Counted from the stretch's first letter, positions 1 to 12,357 are shown. The stretch is DNA of 59,282 nucleotides from Gammaproteobacteria bacterium (GCA_009843625.1 VYDD01000156.1:2566-61847); one strand, 5' to 3'. Numbers and translations: made by a program. The notes: generated by a model from the sequence alone, not told the origin.

Positions 1-1580
1 CCGCCCTTGGCGGCTGCGGCGACGACGAGGACGAGCCGGCGGCCGCGCCGCCGCAGCAGCAGGCGGACCCGACCGCAACGCCCGCGGCGGCCACGGCTGA
101 AGCGGCCACGCCGGCGGCAACGGCCGCCGCGAGCACGCCCGCGGCAACGGTCGCGCCCGGCGGCGGCGGCACGGTGCGAATCGGCGGGCTTGCCGGCGCC
201 GGCGGTCCGCTCGATCCCGGCAACGTGACGTCCGTCCTGAGCTTCCTCGCGATCAACTCGGTCTTCGAGTTCCCCGCGCTCCACGGCGATGGCGAACTCG
301 AGCCCGGCGTCGCCGAGAGCATCACGCCCAACGGGGACGCCACCGTCTGGACGCTCACCCTCCGTGAGGGCCTTCTCTTCCACGACGGCAGCCCCGTACG
401 GGCGCAGGACGTCGTCGCGTCCATCGCCTACATGGGCAACTTCGAGACGAGCCCCACCTACGCCCTCGGGTGGATCGACGTGGACTGGGCCAACCTCCGC
501 GCCATCGACGATCGCACCGCGGAAATCCCGCTCCTGCGCCCCCGCGCCGACTACCTGGAGTCGGTCTTCGCCGTCTTCCTCCCCATCATCAAGGAGGGGG
601 CCCCGGACTTCATGGTCCCCGTCGGCTCCGGCCCCTACCAGGTCGAGTCGAACGACGGCGCCGATGGGGTGGTGGTCGTGCGGAACGACGACTGGTGGGA
701 ATTCAAGCCCGCGGTTGAGCGCGTCATCACGGTCCCCATCAACGACCCGGGGGCGCGCATCAACGCGCTCAAGTCGGGCGAAATCGACATCGCCTACCAG
801 CTCCCGCCCGCCGTCGTGCGCGCGGAGGAGGGCAACGACGACATCACCATCATCCGGTCCTCGCTGGGCGCCGCCGCGATGATCTTCTCCATGAACACCT
901 CCCTGCCGCCGTTCGACAACCCGGAGGTGCGTGAGGCCGTGCGGCTGTCGGTCGACCGCCAGACCATGATCAACTCCGTGCTGCTCGGTCAGGGCCAGCT
1001 CGGCAACGACCTGGTGGGACTGGGCTTCCCCGGGTACAACGACCAGCTTCCCCAGCGCACGCACGATCTGGAGCGGGCGCAGGCCCTGTTCGCCGCCAAC
1101 GGCATCTCCGAACTCGACATCGTCGCCTCCGACATCGCACCCGGCCTGGTGGCCTCGGCGGAGGTCCTCGCGGCCCAGCTCGCGACCATCGGCGTCACCC
1201 TCAACATCGACGAGCTGCCGGCCGATGCCTTCTTCGCGGACATCCCGCGACTGCTGAGCACACCCTTCATGACGATGTACTTCTCCAACCGCCCGGCTGC
1301 CGTCCACCTGCCCCAGTTCGTCGGCAGCACGGCAGTGGTCAACGTGACCGCCTTCGCCGCGCCGGAGTTCGACGCGGCCATGCTGGCGGCGCAGAGCACC
1401 GCCGACGCGGAGGAGCGACTGCAGCACCTGCTGGAGGCCCAGGCCATCGAGTGGGAACAGGGCGGCACGATCGTCTGGGGCTTCTCGCCCATGATCCTCG
1501 CGCACTCGCCCAAGGTGGAGAACGTGAAGGTCATCAGCGACGGCCTCATCGAGTTCGAGGACCTGGTGCTACGCGCCTGA
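1..1580 (+). CDS. ABC transporter substrate-binding lipoprotein, family 5 (peptide/nickel/opine type); 5' end cut by window edge
   Basis: Frame 3 is open from base 3 (ALGGCGDDEDEPAAAPP...). A lipobox-like LGGC and an Ala/Pro/Thr-rich linker run into track ORF 174..1580. Its sequence (GPYQVES, NDPGARINALKSGEIDIAYQLPP, FSMNTSLPPFDN) looks like SBP family 5. Cognate permeases follow. Confidence 0.85.
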   Translation, partial: ALGGCGDDEDEPAAAPPQQQADPTATPAAATAEAATPAATAAASTPAATVAPGGGGTVRIGGLAGAGGPLDPGNVTSVLSFLAINSVFEFPALHGDGELEPGVAESITPNGDATVWTLTLREGLLFHDGSPVRAQDVVASIAYMGNFETSPTYALGWIDVDWANLRAIDDRTAEIPLLRPRADYLESVFAVFLPIIKEGAPDFMVPVGSGPYQVESNDGADGVVVVRNDDWWEFKPAVERVITVPINDPGARINALKSGEIDIAYQLPPAVVRAEEGNDDITIIRSSLGAAAMIFSMNTSLPPFDNPEVREAVRLSVDRQTMINSVLLGQGQLGNDLVGLGFPGYNDQLPQRTHDLERAQALFAANGISELDIVASDIAPGLVASAEVLAAQLATIGVTLNIDELPADAFFADIPRLLSTPFMTMYFSNRPAAVHLPQFVGSTAVVNVTAFAAPEFDAAMLAAQSTADAEERLQHLLEAQAIEWEQGGTIVWGFSPMILAHSPKVENVKVISDGLIEFEDLVLRA

Positions 1581-1601
1581 GCCGTCGCAGGAACGGTCCC
1601 C

Positions 1602-2558
1602 ATGAGCAGTGGCCTGACCTACGCCGCGATGAGGATGGCCTCTGCCATCGCGACGCTCCTGGTGGTCAGCGTCGTCCTCTTCGCGGCGGTGGACCTGCTC
1701 CCGGGCGACCCCGCCCAGCAGATGCTCGGGGTGAACGCCACCCCCGAGCGCGTCGAGGAGGTGCGGCGGCAGCTCAACCTCGACGACCCCGCGCCCGTCC
1801 GCTACGGGCGCTGGATGTGGTCGCTGCTCCAGGGCGACCTCGGTGAGTCGGTCCGGACCGGCGGCCCGGTCGAGCAGATCGTCGCCCGGCCGGCGCTCAA
1901 TACCGCCGTCCTGCTCGTGGCGGCGTTCGGCGCCATCGTCGCCGTCGCGCTCGTGCTGGCGGCGCTGAGCGGGGTACGGGAGGGGTCACGCCTCTCCAAC
2001 CTCGTCTCCCTGTGCGCGCTCGGCGCACTGTCGGTGCCGGAGTTCATCGTTGCGGGCATCCTGATCGCGGTCGTGGGACTGGAGCTCGGCTGGCTGCCGG
2101 CGGTCTCGCTGGTGCCGATAGGCGGGACGCCGCTGGACCGGCCCGTCATCCTCGTGCTGCCCGTGGTCTCGCTCGCCATCGTCGGCGGCGCGTTCGGCGC
2201 GCGGCTGATCCGCGCGGCGGTGGCGGACGTTGCGCGGATGCCGCATGTTGAGGCGGCCCGGCTCTCCGGAGTGCCGGAAGGGCGGGTGATCCTGCGGCAC
2301 ATCGTGCCCGGGGCCATCCCCCCGACGGCTCAGGTGCTTGCCTTTCTCGTCCCCTTCCTCGTCGGCGGCGCCGTGGTCATCGAGCGCATCTTCGCCTACC
2401 CGGGGCTCGGATCTCTGCTGGTCGATCGCGTCTCCCTGCGCGACGCACCCGTCATCGAAGCGGTCGGTCTCCTGCAGGCGTCGGCCGTGATCCTCGCGTT
2501 CCAGGCGGCCGACGTGGTGGGATTCCTGGCTTCCCCGAGCCGGAGGACCGCCGCATGA
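1602..2558 (+). CDS. ABC transporter permease (DppB/OppB-like)
   Basis: 318-aa multi-TM ORF with an N-terminal LLPGDPA motif typical of Dpp/Opp-type permeases. Its stop overlaps the next start (2555-2558). Confidence 0.9.
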   Translation: MSSGLTYAAMRMASAIATLLVVSVVLFAAVDLLPGDPAQQMLGVNATPERVEEVRRQLNLDDPAPVRYGRWMWSLLQGDLGESVRTGGPVEQIVARPALNTAVLLVAAFGAIVAVALVLAALSGVREGSRLSNLVSLCALGALSVPEFIVAGILIAVVGLELGWLPAVSLVPIGGTPLDRPVILVLPVVSLAIVGGAFGARLIRAAVADVARMPHVEAARLSGVPEGRVILRHIVPGAIPPTAQVLAFLVPFLVGGAVVIERIFAYPGLGSLLVDRVSLRDAPVIEAVGLLQASAVILAFQAADVVGFLASPSRRTAA

Positions 2559-3405
2559 CGACGCTGGCGGGCCACCAGCTCCGGGAGCAGGCCGCCGCGC
2601 GGGCGGCGCGCCTGCGGGCACACCCCCTGCGGCCGTCGGTCGCGACCCTGGCGCTGTCGGCGCTGCTGGGAGCGGTGGTGACGGTCGCGGTCGCGGGCCC
2701 GCTGATGGCCCCGCACAGCGAGTCCGCGGTCGTCGCGCTGCCGTATGAAGGGTCGGCCGGATGGTTCGGCACCGACTACCTGGGGCGTGACGTCTTGAGC
2801 CGCATCCTCCATGGCGGACGGCCGATCATCCTGATTCCCGTCATCGCCACGGCCCTCTCGACGCTGGTGGGAGCGGTGCTGGGCGTGGCGGCGGCGGCGC
2901 TCCGCCGGGACGACGTGATCATGCGCGCGATCGACCTCTTCGCCGTGGTTCCGTCCATCCTGGTGGCGCTGGTGCTGTTCCACCGCTTTGGCGCGCACCC
3001 CTGGGTCCTGACGCTCGCCGTCGTCGTCAGCTCGATCCCCTTCACGACGCGGTTCGCGCGGTCGGCGGCCCATCCGATCCTCAGCAGCGGGTACATCGAG
3101 CAGGCCCGGATGATCGGCGAGCCGCTGCCGGCGATCCTGGTGCGGGACGTGCTGCCGAACCTGATTCGCCCCGTGCTGGCCGATGCGGGACTGCGCTTCA
3201 TCGGGGCCATCTACCTCGTCGCCGCCGCCGGATTCCTCGGGTTCGGTCCGCCCCCGCCATCGACCGACTGGGGCTCGATGATCTCGGAGAACATCGGCGG
3301 CGCCGGCCTCAATCCCTGGGGGGTGATCGCGCCCTCGCTGATGGTGCTGCTCCTCACCATCCCCACGAACCTGCTGGCCGACCGCTTCGCCCGGAGGGTC
3401 GCCCG

Positions 3406-3409
<4 letters not shown>
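2555..3409 (+). CDS. ABC transporter permease (DppC/OppC-like)
   Basis: 284-aa multi-TM ORF with GTDYLGRDVLSRILHG, typical of the DppC/OppC N-terminal region. It is coupled to both neighbours by 4-nt overlaps. Confidence 0.9.
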
Positions 3410-5105
<1,696 letters not shown>

Positions 5106-5109
<4 letters not shown>

Positions 5110-6902
5110 CCACCGCGGAACGAACCGGCCGTGCCCCCGCGCACACGCAGGTGGAGGCGCGGCGCAGCGGATCCTCGATCGGCCGGCTGGTCGCGCCGCT
5201 GAGATGGACGCTCGTCGCCGCCTGCGTGCTGCAGGGCATCAGCTCGGCGCTCGGCGTGGGTCCGTTCATCGCGGTGGCCGAGCTGGGCCGCGTGCTCCTA
5301 GCCGAGGGCCCGACGGATGAGGGACGCGCCTGGCTCATCGCCGGGCTCGGCGCCGGGGCGATGGTGCTCCAGTTCATCTTCTTCATGGCGTCCGGGGCGC
5401 TGACCCACCTCGCCGACGTCGACTTCCAGTTCCAGCTGCGTCGCAGAATGGCGGCCCGCCTCAGCACGGTGCCGCTGGGCTGGTTCAACGACCGCAACGC
5501 GGGTGCCGTCAAGAAGGCGCTCGAGGACGACGTCTCCACGCTCCACCACGTCGTCGGTCACTCCTACACCAACATCGTCGCCGCGGCGGTCAACCCGCTC
5601 GTCGCGCTGGGCTACCTCTTCTGGGTCGACTGGCGCCTCGCCTTCGCCGCCCTGATCCCGGTCGCCGGCGGGGTCCTCCTCTACGCGTACCAGTTCCGGG
5701 GCTACGGCGAGAAGATCGTCGCGTACGACCAAGCGCTGGAGGACGTCAACGCCTCCTCGGTCGCCTTCGTCCAGGGGATCGCCGTCGTCAAGACGTTCGG
5801 CCAGGCGCGGCGCGCCTACGGGCGCTTCATCGAGCGCGCCGACGCCTTCGTTGACTACTTCTGGGCGTGGGCCAGGGACATGATCCCGATCACGGCGGCG
5901 GCGAACACGGTCATGTCGCCCCTGTTCGCACTGACGGTCATCCTCGCGATCGGCTTGGGCATGGCCGGGGCCGGCGCGGTGGAGCCGGTCGACCTCCTGG
6001 CGTTCGCCGTGCTCGGTCCCGGCCTCGCCGCCGCCCTGCTCACGCTGCAGTACTCCCAGAACGATCTGATGCTGGCGAGGCAGGCCGCGGACCGGATCGC
6101 GGCCGTGCTCGACACACCACCGCTGCCGGTATCCGACGGCGGGCGCATCCCCCGGGATGCGAGGGTGACCTTCGAGCAGGTGAGCTTCTCCTACGACGGC
6201 CAGACGGAGGCCGTGCGCGGCATCGACCTGACCCTGGCACCGGGCACGGTGACGGCCCTCGTCGGCCCCTCGGGATCGGGCAAGAGCACGCTCGCCCGGC
6301 TGCTCCCCCGGTTCTGGGACCCGTCCGAGGGCCGGGTCGCCATCGGCGGCGTCGGCGTCGACGAGATCCCTCCGCAAGAGCTCTACCGGCACGTCGGCCT
6401 CGTCTTCCAGGACGTGCAGCTCCTCCGCGCATCGGTCCGCGAGAACATCGCCCTGTCCAGGCCCGACGCTCCGATCGATGAGGTGGAGCGAGCCGCCCGG
6501 GCGGCCCAGATCCACGACCGGATACTGGCGCTGCCCCGCGGGTACGACTCCGTCGCGGGGGAGGACGCGCTCTTCTCCGGCGGCGAGGCCCAGCGCATCT
6601 CCATCGCCCGGGCGATCCTCGCCGACGCCCCGATCCTGGTGCTCGACGAGGCCACCGCCTTCGCCGACCCCGAGGCGGAAGCGACGATCCAGGACGCGCT
6701 CTCGGAGCTGATCCCCGGCCGCACCCTGCTCGTGATCGCGCATCGGCTGCGCACCGTCTCGGGCGCCGACCAGATCTGCGTGCTCGATGAGGGACGCATC
6801 GTCGAGCGGGGGACGCACGCCGAGCTGCTCGCGCGCGACGGCGTCTATCGCCGCCTGTGGGAGGCGAGCGAGGCGGGCGAGGCGGGCGAGGGGCGCGCAT
6901 GA
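5106..6902 (+). CDS. ABC exporter half-transporter (TMD-NBD fusion)
   Basis: N-terminal 6-TM region, then Walker A GPSGSGKST, signature FSGGEAQR and Walker B ILVLDEATA. ATGA overlap with the upstream ATPase gene. Confidence 0.9.
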
Positions 6903-8635
6903 TCCGCGAACTCCTTGCCGTCATCCCCGTGTCGGAGCCGGCGGGCCGCAGGCTGCGCGCGAACCTCGCGGGCCTCGCCGCCGAGTCGATCCTGATGGGG
7001 GTCGGGTTCGCGCTGCTGGTGCCGCTGCTGCGGGCCGCCCTCGAGAGCGACTTCGACCGCGCCTGGGTCTGGCTGGGCGCCATGGCAGGCGTCCTCGTGG
7101 CGTACGCCCTCGTGCGCTGGCAGACCCAGCTCCTGGGATTCCACGCCGCGATCGGGGCGGCCAGGGGACTGTTCGGCCGGCTGGGCGACCATATCGCCCG
7201 GCTGCCACTCGGCTGGTTCGACGGGACCCGGGTCGGCAGTCTCGGACGCCTCACCAGCCAGGGCGTGATCGACGTGATGGGCGTCCCGGCCCACCTGCTG
7301 CGCCCGGTCGTCAACGCCTTCGTCACGCCGGCGACCGTGATCGCGGTCATGTTCATCTTCGACTGGCGCCTGGCGCTGGCGGCGGCGATCACAGCCCCGC
7401 TCGGCTGGCTCGTCTACCGGTGGTCCGCGGGCCTCGTCCAGAGGACCGACCATCGCTCCCACGACGCCGCGGTGGAGGCGTCGGGCCGCCTCATCGAGTT
7501 CGCCCAGGCGCAGGCGGTGCTGCGCGGCTTCGGGTACGCCACCCGCAGCTTCTCGCAGCTCGACGATGCCCTCCGGGAGCAACGAGACGCCGCCCGCGCT
7601 CAGCTCCTGACGGCGGCCCCGGGCCTCGCCGGCTTCATCCTGGTGGTGCAGCTCGCCTTCACCATCCTGATCCTGTTCGGGCTCAACATGGCGCTCGGCG
7701 GGGACATCGACGTCGCCGAACTCCTCGCGGTGCTCGCCTTGGCCGTGCGGTACGTGCAGCCCATGGTCGAGGCGGCTGACCTCGGCGGCGCGCTCCGCAT
7801 CAGCCGCAACAGCCTCTCGCGCATGGACGCCCTGCTCGCGACCCCGACGCTGCCGGAACCTGCGACCTCCGCCGTCCCGGCCGGCGCGACGATCGCGTTC
7901 GGCTCCGTCGACTTCGCCTACGACGACCGGCCCGTGCTCCGCAACGTCAGCTTCACGGCGCCGGGGAGGACGATGACCGCGATCGTCGGCCCTTCCGGCG
8001 CCGGCAAGACGACCATCCTTCGCCTGATCGCGCGGTTCTGGGACACCGGTTCCGGCACGGTCCGGATCGGGGGCGTCGATGTGCGCGACCTCTCGACCGA
8101 GGTGCTGATGCGCCAGATCTCCGTCGTCTTCCAGGACGTCTATCTCTTCGACGGCACGATCGAGGAGAACATCCGCCTGGGGCGGCCGGACGCCACCGAC
8201 GCCGAGGTCCGCGCCGCGGCGACGCTCGCCCGCGTCGACGAGATAGCGGAACGGCTCCCCGAGGGCTGGGAGGCGCGCGTGGGCGAGGCCGGCGCCCGCC
8301 TCTCCGGCGGCGAGCGCCAGCGCGTCTCCATCGCACGCGCGATTCTGAAGGACGCTCCCATCGTCCTGCTCGACGAGGCGACGGCCGCCCTTGACGCCAT
8401 CAACGAGCGCTCGGTGCAGCAGGCGCTTCGCGCCCTGACCGCCGACAAGACGCTGGTCGTGGTCGCCCACCGCCTGCAGACGGTCCAGGCCGCCGACCAG
8501 ATCATCGTGCTGGAGGAGGGGCAGGTCGTCGAGCAGGGCGACCACGCCGAGCTCCTGGAGCGCAACGGGCGCTACGCGGAGTTCTGGAACGAACGCGTGC
8601 GAGCCGCCGGCTGGCGCCTCGCCGCGGCGGGGTGA
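6899..8635 (+). CDS. ABC exporter half-transporter (TMD-NBD fusion), partner of 5106..6902
   Basis: ATG at 6899 forms an ATGA overlap with the upstream stop; the track ORF starts at 6857. Walker A GPSGAGKTT, signature LSGGERQR, Walker B IVLLDEATA. Confidence 0.9.
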   Translation: MIRELLAVIPVSEPAGRRLRANLAGLAAESILMGVGFALLVPLLRAALESDFDRAWVWLGAMAGVLVAYALVRWQTQLLGFHAAIGAARGLFGRLGDHIARLPLGWFDGTRVGSLGRLTSQGVIDVMGVPAHLLRPVVNAFVTPATVIAVMFIFDWRLALAAAITAPLGWLVYRWSAGLVQRTDHRSHDAAVEASGRLIEFAQAQAVLRGFGYATRSFSQLDDALREQRDAARAQLLTAAPGLAGFILVVQLAFTILILFGLNMALGGDIDVAELLAVLALAVRYVQPMVEAADLGGALRISRNSLSRMDALLATPTLPEPATSAVPAGATIAFGSVDFAYDDRPVLRNVSFTAPGRTMTAIVGPSGAGKTTILRLIARFWDTGSGTVRIGGVDVRDLSTEVLMRQISVVFQDVYLFDGTIEENIRLGRPDATDAEVRAAATLARVDEIAERLPEGWEARVGEAGARLSGGERQRVSIARAILKDAPIVLLDEATAALDAINERSVQQALRALTADKTLVVVAHRLQTVQAADQIIVLEEGQVVEQGDHAELLERNGRYAEFWNERVRAAGWRLAAAG

Positions 8636-9960
8636 CGATGTTCCGCTTCACCGATCACCGGGCGTTCTTCGCGCTCGCCGGCGGACAGCTGGTCTCGACG
8701 CTCGGGTCGGGGATGACCCGCTTCGGCCTCGGTCTCTGGGTACTCGACCAGACCGGCGACGCAGCGGCCTACACGACGATGCTGTTCGCGGCAGTGCTGC
8801 CGCTGGGGATTGCCTCGCTCCTGGTCGGTCCTCTGGTCGACCGCTGGAACCGGCGCTGGACGATGATCGCCGCCAATGCGGCCGCGTCTGCCCCGACGCT
8901 GGTCGTCGCGTTGCTCTACTTCGCCGACGGCCTCGAGGTCTGGCACCTCTATGTGGCGCTCGTCGTCAACGGCGTGGCCAGCGCCTTCATCCTGCCTGCA
9001 CTCGACGCGAGCACGCCGATGCTCATGCCGAAGGAGCAGCTGGGCCGCGCAGCCGGCATCACCCAGATGCTGCAGTCCATCGAGATCATCGTGGCGCCCA
9101 TCCTCGCCGTCCCGCTCTACCTCGGGCTCGGCCTGGGCTCCGTGTTCCTCGTCGACTTCGCCACCTTCGGGGTCGCCATCGCGGCGCTCCTCCTGTCGAT
9201 CATCCCGCAGCCGGCGCGCGTGCTCGAGGAGGCCGGCGCGTCGCTCTGGTCCGAGTTCCGCTTCGGCGTCGCCTACCTCAGGGAACGACCACCGTTCGTC
9301 TACCTCATGGGCTTCGTGACAGCGTCGATGCTCTTCATGCCGGGCATCGGGTACGCGCTCGCGACGCCCCTCGCCCTCTCGTTCTCGGACGAGGCCGGGG
9401 CGGCGATCATCATGACGGCCTTCGGCGTCGGCTCCCTGGTCTCCGGCATGTTCCTCGCGACCTGGGGCGGACCGAAGCGGCGCATGAACGGCATCATCGG
9501 GGCGACGGTTCTGGCCGGCATCGGCGGCGTCGTGACCGGCCTCAGCGAGAGCCTGGCGATCACGGCCGCCGGCATCTTCGTGATCGGCGCCTCCTTCGTC
9601 TTCGCGATCGGACTGAACCGCGTCATCTGGCAGGTCAAGGCAGCGCCCGAGGTGCTGGGTCGGATGTTCTCCCTGCGGGTCATGCTGGGCGTCTGCGCGC
9701 AGTCCCTGGGCATCGTCGTCGCCGGGCCGCTGGCCGAGGGAGTGTTCGAGCCGCTCATGGAGGCGGGGGGCGCGCTGGCCGGCAGCGTCGGCCCGATCAT
9801 CGGCGTCGGCGACGGCCGCGGGATGGGCCTGATGTACATCATCGCCGGCCTCGCCCTGATCGCGCTTGCAGTCGGCTCGCTCATCGTGCGGCCGATCTGG
9901 CGGCTTGAGGACGCCCTGCCCGACCAGACACCCGAGGTCGAGCCCGAACCGGAACCCTGA
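8632..9960 (+). CDS. MFS transporter (EntS/YbtX-like layout)
   Basis: 442-aa ORF with about 12 hydrophobic segments. The GTG at 8632 overlaps the upstream stop; an alternative ATG lies at 8638. Confidence 0.85.
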   Translation: MTMFRFTDHRAFFALAGGQLVSTLGSGMTRFGLGLWVLDQTGDAAAYTTMLFAAVLPLGIASLLVGPLVDRWNRRWTMIAANAAASAPTLVVALLYFADGLEVWHLYVALVVNGVASAFILPALDASTPMLMPKEQLGRAAGITQMLQSIEIIVAPILAVPLYLGLGLGSVFLVDFATFGVAIAALLLSIIPQPARVLEEAGASLWSEFRFGVAYLRERPPFVYLMGFVTASMLFMPGIGYALATPLALSFSDEAGAAIIMTAFGVGSLVSGMFLATWGGPKRRMNGIIGATVLAGIGGVVTGLSESLAITAAGIFVIGASFVFAIGLNRVIWQVKAAPEVLGRMFSLRVMLGVCAQSLGIVVAGPLAEGVFEPLMEAGGALAGSVGPIIGVGDGRGMGLMYIIAGLALIALAVGSLIVRPIWRLEDALPDQTPEVEPEPEP

Positions 9961-10071
9961 ACCCGCCCCGGGGCCTCGCGCGACCGCGACGCGCTCCTCC
10001 CGTTCGCCTTCTCTGGCGTCGACAGGGGGTAGAGGGCAACGAGGCGTCGTTGGGTGATGTAGGCTTATGTC

Positions 10072-10321
10072 ATGAGTCACCGCACGCAGATCACGCTGAC
10101 CGATGAGCAGTATGCGCGGCTGCGCGAGGAGGCCCGGCGCTCGGGACACGGCCTCGCCGAACTCGTGCGCCGGGCGGTCGAGCGCAGCTGGGCCGTCTCC
10201 CGCTGCCGACGTCCCGAGCGCCCTGGACGCGAGCTTCGCATCCTGGGGTGACCGCGGCTACGACGGCGCCAGCTACGTCGATGGGCTTCGTCGCGGCACG
10301 TCTCGGCGACTCGCGAACTGA
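10072..10321 (+). pseudogene. Ribbon-helix-helix (CopG-type) antitoxin, apparently frameshifted, with no adjacent toxin
   Basis: ATG 10072 gives MSHRTQITLTDEQYARLREEARRSGHGLAELVRRAVERSW, an RHH N-terminus, and stops at 10251. The expected C-terminal part (ALDASFASWGDRGYDGASYVDGLRRG...) is in the next frame (track ORF 10103..10321). Confidence 0.5.
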
Positions 10322-10342
10322 TGGTGGTCATCGGCCCGGGGA

Positions 10343-10350
10343 TATATAAT
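10343..10350 (+). promoter_or_regulatory. Candidate -10 element (TATATAAT) upstream of mazE
   Basis: An A/T-rich octamer in otherwise GC-rich DNA. GGAGGT lies at 10361-10366 and the ATG at 10370. Confidence 0.3.
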
Positions 10351-10369
10351 GTATCTACCGGGAGGTGGC

Positions 10370-10609
10370 ATGGGTGCAACGTCGCACGTATCGCGCTGGG
10401 GTTCGAGTCTCGCCGTCCGCATCCCCAAGGCTCTCGCGGAGCAATGGGGCGTCGAAGAGGGTTCGGCGATCGAGCTCTTCGCCGAGGGCGGCGACATCGT
10501 ACTGCGCAAGCGCCGCTACGACCTCGCCGAGCTCGTCGCCGGCATGAGTCCCGAGGAATCCCATCCCGAGACGGACTGGGGCGCGCCGCAGGGTGACGAG
10601 GTGTGGTAG
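10370..10609 (+). CDS. mazE: AbrB/MazE/SpoVT-family antitoxin
   Basis: SRWGSSLAVRIPKALAEQWGVEEGSAIEL is a swapped-hairpin AbrB-type motif. GGAGG precedes the ATG at 10370, and the gene overlaps the mazF start. Confidence 0.8.
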   Translation: MGATSHVSRWGSSLAVRIPKALAEQWGVEEGSAIELFAEGGDIVLRKRRYDLAELVAGMSPEESHPETDWGAPQGDEVW

Positions 10610-10944
10610 CCGCCCCGTACGTACCAGAGCGCGGCGACCTCATCTGGCTCGAGTTCTCACCGCAGGCCGGTCACGAGCAGGCGGGCCGGCGGCCCGCCCT
10701 CGTCGTCAGTCCCCGCCTCTACAACGAGCGTTCGAGCGTGGCGCTGCTGTGCCCGGTCACATCGACGCCTAGGGGGTATGCGTTCGAGGTCGTCCTCCCC
10801 GCCGACAGCCCCGTGACCGGCGTCGTGCTGTCCGATCAGGTCCGAAGTCTCGACTGGCGGGCCCGGCATGCCCGGTTCCGGGGGCGGGCGCCCCGGACGG
10901 TCGTCGCCGAGGTGCTGGAGAAGGCTCGCACGCTGCTCGACTGA
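10603..10944 (+). CDS. mazF: MazF/PemK-family endoribonuclease toxin
   Basis: PERGDLIWLEFSPQAGHEQAGRRPALVVSP ... LCPVTS is the canonical MazF/PemK N-terminal signature. Confidence 0.9.
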   Translation: MVAAPYVPERGDLIWLEFSPQAGHEQAGRRPALVVSPRLYNERSSVALLCPVTSTPRGYAFEVVLPADSPVTGVVLSDQVRSLDWRARHARFRGRAPRTVVAEVLEKARTLLD

Positions 10945-11059
10945 CCCGGACGGGCTCTGGAGGACGTGCGCGCGGATCCTGCGTATCGAGCCGGTACCGT
11001 TGATCTCTCCGTGTTTGTCATATCTTGGCTAGCGACACATCTCATGGGGAACACCGGCG

Positions 11060-11362
11060 ATGGAACCGAAGAAGAAGAGACTGACCCTGGACCTGGACCC
11101 CACCTTTCAGCGACGGCTCAAGAGCATCGCCGCGTTGAAGGGCCTCAGCATGCGGGCCTACTGCCAGGCCGCCATCGATCGGGAGTTGGCGAAGGACGAA
11201 GCCAGCGGGCTGGGGGGCCTGCTGGCGGACAGGCCCGACCACCGGCTGTTTGCGGAACTCCGGCAGGAGATCTTCGCCGGGACACCACTTCCCGGCAGTT
11301 CCGCTGACCTGATCCGCAAGGCCCGTGAGATCAGGGACGCCGAGACCGAGAGTTGGGCGTGA
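11060..11362 (+). CDS. vapB: RHH-type antitoxin (VapB-like)
   Basis: KKRLTLDLDPTFQRRLKSIAALKGLSMRAYCQAAI fits a beta-strand plus two-helix RHH pattern. The stop overlaps the start of the PIN gene. Confidence 0.7.
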   Translation: MEPKKKRLTLDLDPTFQRRLKSIAALKGLSMRAYCQAAIDRELAKDEASGLGGLLADRPDHRLFAELRQEIFAGTPLPGSSADLIRKAREIRDAETESWA

Positions 11363-11802
11363 ACGGCTCGGTCGTGGTCGACGCAAGCCTCGCGGTGAAG
11401 TGGCTCGTTGAAGAGGACGACTCGGACAAGGCGCACGCGCTCCTCCAATCCTGGGAAGCCCGGGACGTCACCCGTATCGCGCCGCACCTCCTGCCGTTTG
11501 AGGTCGCCCATGCTCTCCACCGGCGCACGCTGCGCGGTGAATTGAAGGCCGGTGATGGCGCCCGCATGATCGCGCGGTTGCTCGAGTCGCGCCTCGAGCT
11601 CCGTCAGCCGCCGGGCCTCCACGTCAGGGCGCTGCGGCTCGCAGGCCAACTCAACCAGAGTGCCGTCTACGATGCCCATTACCTGGCTCTGGCGGAGATG
11701 CTTGGCTGCGAGCTATGGACCGCCGACGAGAGGTTCTATCGGGCGGCAAGCCCGGGCATAGACGTCGTCCGCTGGTTCGGAGCCTTCGCGGGGTCGGAGT
11801 AG
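11353..11802 (+). CDS. vapC: PIN-domain toxin (VapC)
   Basis: VVVDASLAVKWLVEE (first acidic PIN residue), ...YDAHYLALAE..., ...LWTADERF. Start is TTG 11353 or GTG 11359 (GTGA overlap). Confidence 0.85.
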   Translation: MGVNGSVVVDASLAVKWLVEEDDSDKAHALLQSWEARDVTRIAPHLLPFEVAHALHRRTLRGELKAGDGARMIARLLESRLELRQPPGLHVRALRLAGQLNQSAVYDAHYLALAEMLGCELWTADERFYRAASPGIDVVRWFGAFAGSE

Positions 11803-11973
11803 CGGGCACCTAGACGCACGTCTTCGGCGAGACCGTCGCGCGGCCGCGGAACGGATGGACGCCGGGCCGGGCACCGGACCTGAGAGCGACCGGGAGCGCC
11901 GGTTCCGCGTCGTCGCCGCCGATCCCAGGTGTCGGTAGTTCTCGGGGAACCAGGTCCTGCACGTGCATCTCAT

Positions 11974-12000
11974 GACCCCCAGTCCGTCAGACTGATGGTC
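11974..12000. repeat. GACCCCCAGT-type hairpin repeat, copy a
   Basis: gacccccagtc-cgtca-gactgatggtc: an 11-nt arm, a 5-nt loop and a complementary arm with two mismatches. Confidence 0.7.
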
Positions 12001-12129
12001 TGTCCCCATAGCCCCGATGCGCTCGGGGTCGAACTGCCTGGCGATGCGCGCGACGATCGCGTCGATCTCCTTCCGTCCTCATCATCACGGCCTCTTGATG
12101 CGATGATGCGGCCATGTGATGATGCTCTC

Positions 12130-12357
12130 ATGAGGACCACGGTCACCATCGACGACGACGTGCTGGCGGTCGCCCGTGCGCTGGCGGACCGGAACGGGAC
12201 CAGCCTTGGCAGCGCCCTGTCGGAGCTGGCAAGGCGTGGCTTCCGCCCTTCACCGGCTCCGGGCGATCAGGCGGACGTGGGCCTCTTCCTGGTCGCTGGC
12301 GACGCCGATCCGATCACGAGTGAGGACGTCTACCGGGCGCTGAGCGACTGGCCGTGA
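12130..12357 (+). CDS. vapB: VapB-type antitoxin
   Basis: MRTTVTIDDDVLAVARALADRNGTSLGSALSELARRG is a typical VapB N-terminus. ATG at 12130 lies within track ORF 11929..12357. 4-nt overlap with the PIN gene. Confidence 0.8.
   Translation: MRTTVTIDDDVLAVARALADRNGTSLGSALSELARRGFRPSPAPGDQADVGLFLVAGDADPITSEDVYRALSDWP

Noticed and set aside
6861-6893. Short tandem-like gaggcg(a/g)gcg repeats.
   Set aside because: This is simply the coding sequence for a low-complexity EASEAGEAGEG tail of the first exporter subunit, not an independent repeat element.
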